From Gekko japonicus (Eukaryota), in the NCBI RefSeq assembly GCF_001447785.1, contig NW_015169794.1, positions 360,549-424,548 of the forward strand: a DNA stretch of 64,000 nt. The letters run 5' to 3'. The position numbers and the translations under genes are program-made. Of the stretch, positions 36,219-49,049 are shown piece by piece (within the stretch, counting starts at the first letter, position 1; each line of letters opens with the position of its first letter). The notes under the pieces are model-generated. The model worked only from the letters and a program-made list of their open reading frames with translations, did not search any database and was not told where the DNA came from.

Positions 36219-38145
36219 CTCCTCCACATGCAGGCAAATCAGCCAGTGAAGTCCAGATTCAGGCTTCTCACATAACTAAGAAATATGCAGTTGTCACTGT
36301 GCAATATCATTTAGGGTTGCCAACTCCATCTTGGGAAATTCCTGAAGATTTTGGAGTGGAGCCTGAGGAGGGTGCAGTTTGATGTGAGCATAGGGATGTC
36401 TGGGGGTTCCCCGGAATTATAGCTCATCTCCAGGCGACAGAGATTAGTACACCTGGAGAAAATGGCTGTTTTGGAAGGTGGACTCCATAGCATTGTACCC
36501 AATTGAAGTCCCTCCCCTCCCCTGAACCTCCCCTTCCTCAGGCTTCACCCCCAAAATCTCCAGATATTTCCCAACTTTGATCTGGCAACCCTACATGAGC
36601 AGTAGCTGGTGTGACATCATTTCTGGAGGAAACCCAGAAGTGATGTCAGTCTTCTCTAAATTTTACCATAGAGTTTCTGCCAATTCCTAGAAAGGTGCAA
36701 AAGTGATAACATGCCATCACCAACAGCTGCTCCCCCCCCATCTCCTGGCAACCCTCAAGCACAGTGGGGATGCGATAGCATAGAGTCAACCATCCAACGT
36801 TCCCATTCCCTCCATGAGCACCAATCTGTGTAGTCTGGAGATCAGTTGCAACTCCAGGAGATATTTGGGCCCTACTTGGAGTCTGGCAACCCTAACAGCA
36901 GCTTTATGGCACACCAGATGTTATTGGCTAACTCAGCATGAAATCCAGAATGGGAAGGTCTTAATTTTCACTTGCTCATTTTGTAACCCAGCAGTCAGTC
37001 ATTGTTAAAATCTATTCATTAAATTAAGCAAAAGAAACAATTTTTGCTCTGTGCTGCAGCAGCCTGAGTGTTGAACCGTTACATGTAAAATAAATGACCC
37101 TTTTCAGACGTTTCTGGTAATTAGGGCTGCTACTCCTATATCAGATTTCAGCTTTCTAGGCAGTGTGAAAATAGCCCAACCATTCACAAGTATGCTTCAT
37201 GTCCTCCCCCTCAACTGGTGACAGAGATGGACAAATACTTCCCCTTGAGACCTTTTTTTTTTTAAATTAAGCAGGATGCCTGGGACAGCATGCATACTCA
37301 TTTTAGCTTTCTGAGTAGTGAGCAAGTCTTGTGGTATATACTTTGTACTCTCCGTTTGAGCAAGTGATATAACACTGTCTCATCAGACTACAGCTCAGAT
37401 CCCTAAAATATTTTCACCAGTTTTCCCTTCCTGCAGCAGGCTGGCAACTCCTCCCAGCTATTTCTGCCCCCCCTCCGCCCCTAGGATCAGAGTTTTGGAT
37501 TGCAGTGGGAGAGAAGAAACAGGGAAGTCACCCTTTGCAGACAGAACCCCTTCTGTTTCTGGACCATTTAGGTTGGATGATCCAACCCCATAGGTGCACT
37601 AGATTTCCTTTCACTGATCTTATTTAATTCTTGTTTTAATTGTTTTATACCTTTGTGTAAGCTGCCCTGAGCCTGTCTTGGTGGGGAGGGCAGGATATAA
37701 ATTAAGTAAATAAATAAAAATAAACGTTCTGGGTGGTGTGAAAGTACCATGATCATTTCAGAATATACCTTGAATTCTCTGTTTTGAGGAATGGACGCAC
37801 AAAGTTCCAATCCTGTTTTGAGGCAAAGATGTACAACAGTCCTGTTTCCTCATTTATGTAGTGATCAGAATGTCTAAGTAATGTGGAAGTGCTGTGTGAC
37901 TATTTTAAGAGTCCCCTGAATAAACCAGTCAGTGGCTGAAGCCAAATAACAAAATGCCTCTCCTCTTCTGATCTAGGTTTGATTAAGCTGATGTCTCGAT
38001 CCTTTGTATTCTTCTTCTGCTGCTGCTGCTACTGCTGCATTTTCTTGACGGGGCAATTCAGAATAGCTGCTTAGAGGACCAAGTGAAATGCAGATACAGT
38101 TTCCCATTTACATTTTTTTTTAAATTCTGACAGTGACCCACATAC

Positions 38146-38296
38146 CATTGTTGCAGCGGTTTCCAGGGCAGCACATGCCATCTCTGTGACAACGCCTCTT
38201 TTTCCTCCTACAAATCATACAGGCAGAAGTAGCTTGATGGGGACTGTGGCAATATTTACCAACTTCACATTCCTTGTCATTGGTACAAGGATAAAC
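38146..38296 (-). CDS. DKK2: Dickkopf-2 exon 2 (151 bp, N-terminal cysteine-rich domain CRD1)
   Basis: Minus-strand translation VYPCTNDKECEVGKYCHSPHQATSACMICRRKKRRCHRDGMCCPGNRCNN(G) matches the DKK2 CRD1 pattern. Acceptor ttag|GTT at 38297/38296, donor ATG|gtatg at 38146/38145. Phase 0 in, phase 1 out. Confidence 0.98.
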
Positions 38297-38637
38297 CTAA
38301 GGGAAGAGAAGGGGGGGGGAACCATTATTAGCTAATACCTTGCCGGCGATTACAAAACAAACAAAGGAAAAAGGAAAGGAACTGTTAGACTAGAATAATT
38401 TCAGATAGAAAATGACACCCTAAATCCTGGATTTATAGTTCTGTAATCATCATTAGTCACAGCTGATACCAGAGGAGCTTTCAATTTTATTGTTTTTCTT
38501 TCGGCTGTTATAGTCACACAGACCAGGAACCTGCTAACTTTGGATATCAGGAGTGCATGGCCCCATAATGCACCTGATATTTTATTTGTTTGTTTGTTTA
38601 TATTCTGCCTTTCTGCCCAGTCAGGTCCATTGAGTTA

Positions 38638-39030
38638 GAGGGTTGCCAGTCCCCAGGTCCCAGCGGGAGTTCCCTTGGTTTTGGGGGCTTCTGCCTCCTG
38701 CTGGCCAGCTGGCCAGCAAGGAAAACCCCCACCCCCAAACAGCCATGTCCCTGTGTGACATCTCTAATGTGATGACATCACCCAGAGTGATGTCATCACA
38801 TCAGTGACATCACAGGGGATGCTCTGATTTGAGGGCAAAACTCTATGGTAAATTTGCCCTCAAGCCACAGAGTTTTGCCCTCAAACCAGAGTGTTGCCAT
38901 GAGATGTCATCAATGTGATGATGTCACTTCCGGGTGACGTCATTGCATCGGAGACTTCACGATCCCTGCCCACTCCATGAACACCCCCCAAATTCCCCTG
39001 ATGGTGACAAGGAAGGACCTGGCAACCCTA
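38638..39030. mobile_element. TAGGGTTGCC-family palindromic MITE
   Basis: agggttgccag / ctggcaacccta ends and internal inverted TGACATCA arrays. No TSD recognised. Confidence 0.75.
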
Positions 39031-39399
39031 CGTAAGGCAGCTAGCGATTAAATCAATCATCATCTCTTGTGAGTTGGGCAATGCATGTGACACACATAAG
39101 AAATCCATGCATTGCTTGATTCATATGGTATGTGATTTCACATATCAAGCACATCACAGTTACCTTGCATTTCTAATCTGTGCAGCTGGCAGACTTTTAG
39201 ATCACATAAATATGCCAGTTGTAATGAATTATAGTGTTTATTGGAGCAGGAATGCTAGGCTAGATGGGCCATTGTTTGTCTTGGTGACAATACTGGCCCT
39301 CAAGTTAGTTTTAACTGATGCATAAAGAACACCTTGATAAGTGAGTAGAATATTTCTTGTCAAGTGGCTTTCAAACCAGCTCTTCATTTAATACATTGA

Positions 39400-39570
39400 T
39401 GAAAACTAAAGATAGGGATTGCATCTGGAATCTGAAGGCCTCAGCCTCTATGCCCTGTTATTGGCCATCCAGAGGAACTGGTTGGCCACTGTGTGAGACA
39501 GGATGCCAGACTGGATGGACCATTCATCTGATCCAGCAGGGCCCTTCTTATATTCTTATGTTCTTATGCA
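39400..39570 (+). mobile_element. CR1 3' UTR fragment
   Basis: ggttggccactgtgtgagacaggatg...ttcttatgttcttatg tail. Confidence 0.75.
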
Positions 39571-40728
39571 TTTGTACCTATTTATACTTGTTAGACTTTG
39601 AGCAGATTGGACACAGAAAGTATCATAGTATCATGGTTCTGGAAAATGGGTACATTATATGTGTAAGATCTTGGCTAGAAACATAGCCCTGATAATGAAT
39701 ATTTCCAAATGCAAGTTATTGGATAGTCATACAATTTAACCCTTTATGTACTAAAAATACAACAAAGCATCTCAGTCATTCAGAATAACTGGGACATATA
39801 ATGGGATGATGGTCTCAGTTGTCATGCCCAGAGCTCTGGGGCCCACAAAGCCCAGCTAGACCCCTCCTTTCTCTCCTTCAGATACCAGTTGAAGACCTGA
39901 CTTTTTTCATTTGGGTGGCTGCTAAAGTTGTCCAGCATTTGTCTTGAGATGGCTTCTTATCACTATCTGGTGTTCTTCCTGTAATTTTTATGGCTGTCCT
40001 GTAGTGACTGAAATGTTTCCCTTTGACAGGTTTGGAGGGTGGGCTCCATGGCACCACATCCACACTGAGCTCCATCTCCAAACTCCACCCTCTCTAGGCC
40101 CCATCTCCCAGTCTCCAGGAATGTCCCAGGCTAAAGTTGGCAGATCTACTAACAATGCTTCACTGAGGATCAGGGGATGTTATAAATCAAATACACCCAG
40201 TTCTGGGGGCTTCAGTGAGGATGGGAGTGGAGTCTCCCTCTTGTGTATAGAATGACAGCCAATAGTTTTACATATTGGAATGCCATGATGTTTAGCAGGG
40301 AATATGAAACACTGCAAACAAATGAGCCATTTCTGTTACATTTGTACATATGAATGTATGAGTGTGTGCGCTCACTAGGGTCACCAACTCTGGGCTGGGA
40401 AATTCCTGGAGATTTGGGGGTAGAGCCTGGGAAGGGTGGGGTCTGGGGAGGAGAGGGGGCTCAGTAGGGACGTAATGCCATAGGGTCCAACCTCTCAAGC
40501 AGCCATTTTCTTCAAGGGAACTGTAGTCTGGAGATCAGTTGTGATTTCTGTAAATCTCTACCCCCCCCATGGAATTTGGAAACCCTAGTGGGCACCCAGT
40601 GTTTACAGGTCCATTAAGAAGAGGCACAATAGTCCTGGCCAGGACAATCTCTTAACGATTCCCTTCTATGAATTTTACTATGTGATATGAGGCAATTACC
40701 ATCCCTTAGTGCTGCTGTATCTGATTAG

Positions 40729-41080
40729 GTAAAGGTAAAGGTTCCCTTGCTCGAAAGCCAGTCGAATCCGATTCTAGGGTTGCAGTGCTCATCTCCGTTT
40801 CAAAGCCGAAGAGCCAGCGCTGTCCGAAGACATTTCCGTGGTCATGTGGCCGGCATGACTAAACACCAAGGCGCACGGAACACTGTTACCTTCCCACCAA
40901 AGTGGTACCTATTTATCTACTTGCAATTTCTTGCTTTCGAACTGCTAGGTTGGCAGGAGCTGGGGCCAGAGACAGGAGCTCACTCCGTCATGCGGCAACT
41001 CGGATCTTGAACTGCTGAACTACTGACCTTCCACAGCCTGCAGTTCAGCGTCTTAACCACTTGAGCCACCGCAGCTCCAC
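40729..41080 (-). mobile_element. Full-length Sauria SINE with 14-bp TSD
   Basis: (ACCTTT)n tail, tRNA-like head, gtggtcatgtggccggcatgac core. TSD ctgtatctgattag at 40715-40728 and 41081-41094. Confidence 0.93.
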
Positions 41081-41594
41081 CTGTATCTGATTAGTGCTTA
41101 TTAAATTACCCTTTCAGGTGTGTAAGCAATAGATACGTTATCTCCTATTAATTCATTGAAGACTTTCATCACCACATAAGTTTCTAAATTATGAGTTAAT
41201 CCTTATAATGTTAAACCCAATGTTAGCGTGACACTCAGAAAGACCACGGCACGAAAAATGATTTATTTTCAGGAAAAAATGTTGACATTTTGAAACTATT
41301 TTCCTCAAAGTTGCCATTTTTACTTTTTTGGGAAAAATTGTTTACTAATAGCCTGAGGGTCAATAAATATAAAATAAACTTCAAAATATTATGCTGGCCC
41401 TATTCCAAAGAACATGTTGTACATTTTTACATGCCGAGTAGCAAGCAGCGTATATAAGAACACTGTGTGAGACAAAAACAACTGCTTCAATGAGTTGTTG
41501 CTTTAGATACAAACTGATTTACATAACTAATTGTTCCCCTATGTACTTCACAGTTCACAGCTGCTCATGTGAAAAACTGTACATCTGTGCGGAG

Positions 41595-41772
41595 AGCAGG
41601 TCAACTTATGGCAACCCCAGCAAGGGACTTCCAAGGGAAGTGAGGAGCAAAGGTGGTTGGCCATGGCCTGCCTAGTCTGCCGAGTCTTTGTTGGTGGACT
41701 CCCATCCAAGTACCAAACTTGTTTAAGTACCAAGATCTCACAAGATGGGGCTGTACCATCCTGCCTTCCCTC
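41595..41772 (-). mobile_element. 5S rRNA-derived SINE
   Basis: Reverse complement of the 46927 copy. Confidence 0.7.
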
Positions 41773-42278
41773 CCGAGAACTGTTATCGGCATGTTTAAAA
41801 TTACACTCACAGAGTTCTGGATCATGACCTTTCATAAAGTATATTTTGACAATTTGTCTCATGGGTTTCCGGCAACAGGGGATTTATGAACTACCAGTAG
41901 CTCCTCTGTTGTTGCAGAGTATGCGTCCCCTAAAAGTCTAAGGAAGAGCTCATGAAGAGATCTGTCCGAGGCCTTTGAAAAACAGTGTTTCTTTCTTAGG
42001 GTTGTTCTCTGTGCTGCTTAGCTGATAATTTAATTCATGGTGCTCTTCTTAGTCCATGTTCTGTTTTGGGGACAAAACAAATCTTTTCAACATGCCATGG
42101 ATGGTGGGAGAGGAGGTAGCTTGGGATATCTTCCACTACTCAGAAATAGCTCTCATTTGTAAAGAAAAGTTTGGTGACCTTGGATCTATGTGCTGCATTT
42201 CATCCAACTCCCTCCCCTCCCCAAACTCCAAGTGACAAACATGGCTTTCCCTTTCCCATTTTATACTCACAACAACCC

Positions 42279-42496
42279 TAGGGTTGCCAGCTTTGGGTTA
42301 GGAAATACCTGGAGTTATGCAGGTGGAACCTGAAGTGGGCAGGGTTTCAGTAGGGAAGGGAATTCAGTGTGGTATAATGCCATAGAATCCACCTTCCAAA
42401 ATGACCATTTTCTCTAGGGGAACTGACCTATGTCATCTAGAGAATAGTGGTAATAGTGGGAGATTTCCAGCCACCACCTGGAGGTTGGCAACCCTG
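42279..42496. mobile_element. hAT-type MITE (TAGGGTTGCC family) nested in a SINE
   Basis: TIR tagggttgcca / tggcaaccctg; TSD aacaaccc/agcaaccc. Relatives at about 1741-3046, 10120, 19813, 35553, 36312, 40377, 53043, 54742, 62389 and 63344. Confidence 0.85.
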
Positions 42497-43596
42497 AGCA
42501 ACCCTGTGAGGTAGGCTGGACTAAGGGAGTGTGACTAGTTCATGAGCTTCATGGTTCTGTACGGGGTGGTGGTGGTCAGAAATGAAGTCTATTGCTGTGA
42601 TGCAGCTACATGTTCACTCCATGGATCATCTGAACACCTTGAATGTCTTGCGGGAGCCTTCCAGGGAAGTCAGTTCAGAACAGGGTAAACAAAGGTTTCC
42701 TGTGACAATTAAAAAATAATGTTTTCATCCATAGTCGGGGTTTTAAAACAATGCTAGACTTCTCTGTTCATAATCAGTTAAGCTCCAGCATTTCTGCTCC
42801 TCAGGATCTGGAGATACCAATGTCTTTTGCCTTCCTTTAAAAAAAAAACCCTCTCAATATTCTCACATAAATCTTTCCCCCTACCAAAGACTCATGGTTT
42901 GGCAAAACATTATAAAGTTGAAACACTTCTCTGAATTTATAGCAGCCCCTTTGATCTCACAAACTTGGCATGGGAGAACCCGCAAGCTTGTGAGAATCCC
43001 AGTGGGGCGCTTCTTAGTTTTAGTAGAGCAGGAAACACTACTGGGGTGTGTAGACAACACTCGGAACAATAATCTCAAAACGTACACAGTGAAGGGCTTT
43101 TATGTGTTATCTAAACATTGCTGCTTTTTCACTTTAATATTTGCATTGTCTTTAAGACTCTCTTTTTTGAGAGAAAGAGGAAAAGAAAGACTTTTAACTT
43201 TCCATTCCAGGCTTTTATCAGAACGTGCTGTTCTGTGACCTTATCATTTCTTTTTATTCAGTCAATATTCCAACAATCTGCCTGGAGAGACTGAATTTAA
43301 GGAAACCAGCTGTTCTTTGGTCCTGCCTTGAACTACTGGGAATAACTTCATTTCTGAGATAACAGTTTTCCTGTGTCTTACGAAGTGTCTTGGTATTAGC
43401 ACACAGCAGAAGAAACAAGCCCGTAAATCACAGTTAAGCCACCCCAATCTATAAATCATACAAAAGTGATTATTTCCCCCCACATAGCTATAAATTAGCA
43501 AGCTGCCCTGTTGTCCTTTGCTGCTCACGTAATCGATATTAATCTGTGTAAGCACAGGAAAGAGGCTGTTCTCAAAACAAATCACAATTTGAGTGC

Positions 43597-43853
43597 TGCA
43601 TGACGGAGTGAGCTCCCCTCTCTGGTCCCAGCTCCTGCCAACCTAGCAGTTCGAAAGCAAGAAATTGCAAGTAGATAAATAGCTACCGCTTCAGTGGGAA
43701 GGTAAGAGTGTTCTGTGTGCCTCGGCATCTAGTCATGCCGGCCACATGATCACGGAAACGTCTTTGGACGGCACCGGCTCTTCGGCTTGGAAACGGAGAT
43801 GAGCACCGCATCCTTAGAGTCGGATTCGACTGGCTTTTGAGCAAGGGAAACCT
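43597..43853 (+). mobile_element. 5'-truncated Sauria SINE
   Basis: Highly similar reverse complement of 40740-40995; possible short TSD tgctgc. Confidence 0.9.
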
Positions 43854-44038
43854 ATGCTGCTCACAGCCTGGAAAATGGAAGCACCTGCCCAACAGTGGTC
43901 TCTTTAGGCTCCAGTAACACAGAGAGAAGGATCACAAGGGGTGTGCATTCCTGTGCACAAGTGAATTTGCTCCACCAGGTAAGGAGGTGTTCTCATTATA
44001 AAATCTTGCACCTTGAAGATAGTTTCAGAAGGTTATAC

Positions 44039-44247
44039 AACAGCTAGATTCAAGTCCAGTCATAGCTTAGCGATCAACAAGATTGAGGTGTGTGTGTGTG
44101 TGTGTGAGCTTCCAAGAGTCAAAGCTCCCTTCATCAGCTACCCCTTCATGGTCTGGCAAAGGGAGCTTTTTGACTCTCGAAAGCTCATACCCTGGGCCAA
44201 AAATCTTGCTGGGCTCTAAGGTGCTACTGAACATGAATCTAGCTGTT
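44039..44247. mobile_element. Penelope-derived inverted-repeat element
   Basis: Arms cagctagattca / tgaatctagctg and gagtcaaagctccct / agggagctttttgactc; two degenerate hammerhead cores. Confidence 0.65.
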
Positions 44248-44913
44248 ACACCCTGGAAAAATCCCTCACGTCGAAACAAAATTTCCCACTTTGTTTTATT
44301 TACCACGTGGTTTCAGTAGGTGAGGATAAACTACTGTGATGTTTGTGTACGATTATTCAATTTTATGTATACGTTTTGTGTAATTTATGTCGCTGTTCTG
44401 AAGTCTCAGGCTGAGGTGACATTTAAAAAGAAGCCCATTAAATTACACTAGTGTCATTTGCGTAGAGAGGTGTCATGGCTCAGTGGTTAGAATGAATGCG
44501 GCCGGGGACAATTGGGTGAAAATTTCCACTCAGTCACACAGAGGAGGGGAAATGGGCCCTGGAAAAGGGACCACCCCAGTTGTGACCCCCCAAAAGAGTC
44601 TTCCTGTCCCACCCCCAGCCCAGCCCCACTCCCTCAAAGGAAGGTGAGAGAGGCAACTTGCCTGCCCAGCATGCTGGGAGCAACCTCCCCACTTGCTGTA
44701 TGAGGCAAGGAAAGGCTGGATACAGCCCCTCCCTTCTACATGTTCACTGGTCTGGTCTGGTCCAAGTAGGGATGGAGGCCTTCAGCCTAACCTGTCTCAC
44801 AGAGTTGTTGTTGTGGAGGAAGGGAGAACTACATAATAAGTCACTCTTGGTCTTCATTAGGGAAAAGAGCAGGATACAAATAAAAATAATACATACAACA
44901 AGCACAGCATTTC

Positions 44914-45180
44914 NNNNNNNNNNNNNNNNNNNNNNNNNNNNNNNNNNNNNNNNNNNNNNNNNNNNNNNNNNNNNNNNNNNNNNNNNNNNNNNNNNNNNNN
45001 NNNNNNNNNNNNNNNNNNNNNNNNNNNNNNNNNNNNNNNNNNNNNNNNNNNNNNNNNNNNNNNNNNNNNNNNNNNNNNNNNNNNNNNNNNNNNNNNNNNN
45101 NNNNNNNNNNNNNNNNNNNNNNNNNNNNNNNNNNNNNNNNNNNNNNNNNNNNNNNNNNNNNNNNNNNNNNNNNNNNNNNN
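44914..45180. other. Assembly gap (267 N)
   Basis: N run. Confidence 1.
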
Positions 45181-46119
45181 ACAAGCACTGTGTGTGTTAG
45201 AGCAAGGGAGAGAGGACTTCAACATCTGATTGTTTTAAAATAGAGAGAGATACAGAGTAAAAGCTTTTAAGGAGTCTCTGGGGAGTGTTTCTCTCATTCT
45301 GTGTCATGGCATGTGGAGTTCTTGGAGCTTTCTGTGAGGAACACATAGTGTGCCAGCCAAGCCATAAAGAAGCCTGGATGTTAGACACACAATGGAGCCT
45401 CCCAAAATAGTGCCTCCGTTGTAATACCAAGGTCTCTGAATGAATCATATGGATGGGAAATTATAAAGTCATAAGGAAAAGCCAGAAGTCCTGAATGCAA
45501 GCAACGATCCATCTGCAGTAAAATGAACCAACCTATTTCCTATTTTCAGAGACTAACATCACCGGGATTTGTTGGAGAAGATCTTCGTACAGCTCAAAAG
45601 CTCAAAAGCTTATATGTTCCCACTACCTGAACTTGTAACTCTCAACTATGGAACTGGCTTTCCCTCTCACAAATACCTTTTTACCCCAAGAATTTGATCT
45701 TCCCTGGATATTTCCAAAATGTGCATGCCACATGACCAGAATGGAAAAGGAAGAACAGCTGTGAACAGCATTTTTGTAATGTCAAGTACACCCTGGCTGC
45801 AGTCCTCCTAAGGGCACGATCCTGAGAGTAAGCTCCACTGAATAACAGAAGACTTTCTTCTGAGTAGACCTGCTTAAGATTGCTCCTCTGGCCATCTAAT
45901 TCTGAGATTACTGCATCACTCTCTTGCTATCCCTCAGCACCCTTTCATCACCATTGTCAATTTCATTTATAAAAGGTTACCCATCTCGGAGAAGCAAAGT
46001 GGATGGTAGGGCAGGAGTGACCCTGAAGACCGATTCCACTTCCTGCTGCACAGTGTCTTTGCTCTCTCATCAGAAGATGGAATTTGGGACTTTGTAGTGC
46101 TTTAAACATGCCTGTGGAG

Positions 46120-46350
46120 ACCCAGCATGGTGCATGGCTAGAAAGTTGGACTAAGATTTTAATCTACAGTCTGCCATGGACGCTTGCTGGGTGAACTCGG
46201 TTCAGTTACACACTGTCAATCTACTTTACCTCACTGGGTTGTTGTGAGGATAAAATGGAGGAGAGGGGCATGATAGAAGCAGCTTTAGGTCTCCATTGGG
46301 GAGAAGGATGGGGTATAAATGAAGTAAATAAATAATAAAACAAAATAAAA
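46120..46350 (+). mobile_element. tRNA-headed SINE, short form
   Basis: Same core as above, with an A-rich (TAAA) tail. Confidence 0.75.
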
Positions 46351-46926
46351 ATAAAAATAAAATGGAATTCTGGAATTTGGTTTGTGATATCAGGATGTTG
46401 GGAATATACAGTGAGAGGGAAGGCAGAAGAAAACAGTTTAGAGTTAAATGGGAAGGAAAGTCATCCACATTTCAAAGCTAGTCTTCTCCTTTCAGAAGTC
46501 TTTGTAAGAGTTTGACACTGGGCCCAGCCATGTATTCTTAAAGAGGAGATTAACAGAGAGTTAACATGTTTATTATAAACCCAGCCTGTGATCTGATTTT
46601 TTTTTTAAATTTACAACATATGTTTCATTTACAATAATATAGGGTTTAAGTAGCTTACATGTAAACATTGGTAAAAAAGTTAAGTTCATTTAAGTTGTGG
46701 CTAAAAGTTGTCGATATCTGCAGTCTTCTTTCTGGAGAATTAAAGGTTCTATGAAGAGCCACTGGGTGTTGTTTACGATGGCATTCAAAATAAATCAGTC
46801 TGTTGTGTGCCACTCTGGGATTCTGTAACCATGCATTAGCCCAATGTCAATAATAACTCTGCTTCAAAGTCCATACAAACCAATCCTACAAAATATGGGC
46901 ATATTTCAGAGTACTTAATATGCCTG

Positions 46927-47120
46927 AGGGAAAGAAGGCAGCACGGTGTAGCCTGAACTCGTCAGATCTCGGAAGTTTAGCAGGATTGGTACTTGAATGG
47001 GTGACTGGCCACCAAGGAAGACTCTGCAGAGGAAGGCAATGGCCAACCACCTCTGCTTCTCATTTGCCTTGAAAGCCCCTTGCTGGGATCTCCATAAGTC
47101 AGTTGCAACTTGATAGCACA
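46927..47120 (+). mobile_element. 5S rRNA-derived SINE
   Basis: gcctgaactcgtcagatctcggaagtttagcagg (5S head) plus RTE-type tail. Confidence 0.82.
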
Positions 47121-48508
47121 TACATGTGTAATATGCCTGAGGTGGATACCATGCGTACTTTGCTTCCATCCAATGAATGAGCATACTGGTCTTACAGAGT
47201 TCGGAGGGGACGGAGCAGAACTGGCAATAATGATCATTCAAGTCTCTAAAGCACTGCATAGTTCCTTATCACTCCCCATGTCTAGCGGCATGAGTACATG
47301 CAAATGTTCATGATTGTCTTCATTTATACACATTGCAGAACTGGGCCTCCAAATGCTCTTGTAGTTCATGTTGTACATCTTTGGGCAGTTCCACTATTTA
47401 TGTTTAGTCTGTGAGTTTATTCTTTCTGTATCTCTTTAGTGGGAGCTGAATCCCATTGTGTTGATTTCAACATAATAGTTTGCCTAAAGCGATAAAAGAA
47501 AAGTAATACTGAATTAGCATCTTTTCTTTTTTTTAAGGAGAGCAGGTGGTGCTTAAGGGACTCTGGAGACCTGAGTTAAAATGTTGATTAAGTAACAAGC
47601 GAGAATGAGTTTGATGATCTCAGTGTTGTCCCTAGTGGACATTTATTCCCCCCATAAGACAACACTGTTTTTGATATACTGCAGTTATTTCCTGTTTTGG
47701 ATATAGGGAAATAGCATACTTCTGTTGTGGGTCAGTAACTGAAAGAAAACCACTGTGGTTAGTGTAACTTTTATTAGCGTTATGCGATAATTACTTGAAT
47801 GCCTCTATCTATCATTGTGACCTAATTCCAAAGGACAAGAAGAAAAGCCAAATGGAGATGGATTTATTCAGCAGGTGGCTAGAAATTAACAAACCCCTTC
47901 AAACACTAAAGCTTTCATTATGCATACTATAAAAAATGAATACTCAGTGTTAGGTTGTCAACTTGCTTCTACCTCTAGTAGAAGGAAATAAAAGGCTATT
48001 AACAGCCTTATGATGCAACGACATTGAGGGACTTGGTTCAAGTCAGTGTCTGTTTGACTAAGAGACTGCCTTTGCCCAAAGGTAAGGACCACATGCTTAT
48101 TTTAAGGGGCAATGGCGATATATGGTTACAGTGAGAATATCACCTCTCAACTATTTGATCTCTTCCAAACTATGCAGCGCACTACTCTTGGTTGATCCCT
48201 GGGACCAGTAGACAGATATGGCCCGGGATTTCCATGCATCCCTGCTATGTGTGGGTACAATTTGGATTACGTACAAGTCCCCCAGTGCAAAACAGCCTTG
48301 AGAAGGTGCAATGTGCCCCAATGGGGGAAGCTTAGCAAGTACTGATAGGCCTACACATAGCTTTTCCCAACAGGGCAAATAGAGGATCAAGAGTACCATT
48401 TCAGATCAGGGAAACAGACACAGGCTTAAGTTCCTTCTCCCTGTATGCAATGGCCCCAATAAAAATTGGGCCCAGATGTTCCTGGGAAGCAGAGAAGTCT
48501 CAAACCTT

Positions 48509-49049
48509 GTCTGTCAAGTAGACCAGGAGAAGGGCCTGGGAACATTATATAGTTGGGACCTCACAAGACATAATTAAAAGGCTCTTTAAGGCTCTCTTCC
48601 ATAGAACAGAGCGTTGTTAGGTTGCTCTCCTTTGATATCCTAGCTGATTACTCTTTGTTTGCCTCCTGCTTGGGCTGTGGTCACACGAGCAGTTTGCCGG
48701 AATATAGTAGCAGTACCTTTAAGAGCCAGTTTGGTGTAGTGGTTAAGTGCGTGGACTCTAATCTGGGAGAACCGGGTTATGTCTGTCAAGTGGACCAGGA
48801 GAAGGGCCTGGGAACATTACACAGTTGGGACCTCACAAGACATAATCAAAGGGCTCTTTAAGGCTCTCTTCCATAGAACAGAGCATTGTTAGGTTGCTCT
48901 CCATGATATCCTAGCTGATTACTCTTTGTTTGCCTCCTGCTTGGGCTGTGGTCACACGAGCAGTTTGCCGGAATATAGTAGCAGTACCTTTAAGAGCCAG
49001 TTTGGTGTAGTGGTTAAGTGCGTGGACTCTAATCTGGGAGAACCGGGTT
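48509..49049. repeat. Tandem duplication, unit about 272 bp, including a SINE head
   Basis: Copies at 48509-48778 and 48781-49049 differ by several substitutions. Confidence 0.95.

Noticed and set aside
13636-47120. 5S rRNA-like and tRNA-like sequences
   Set aside because: These are partial, diverged heads fused to SINE bodies, with no full 5S gene or cloverleaf.
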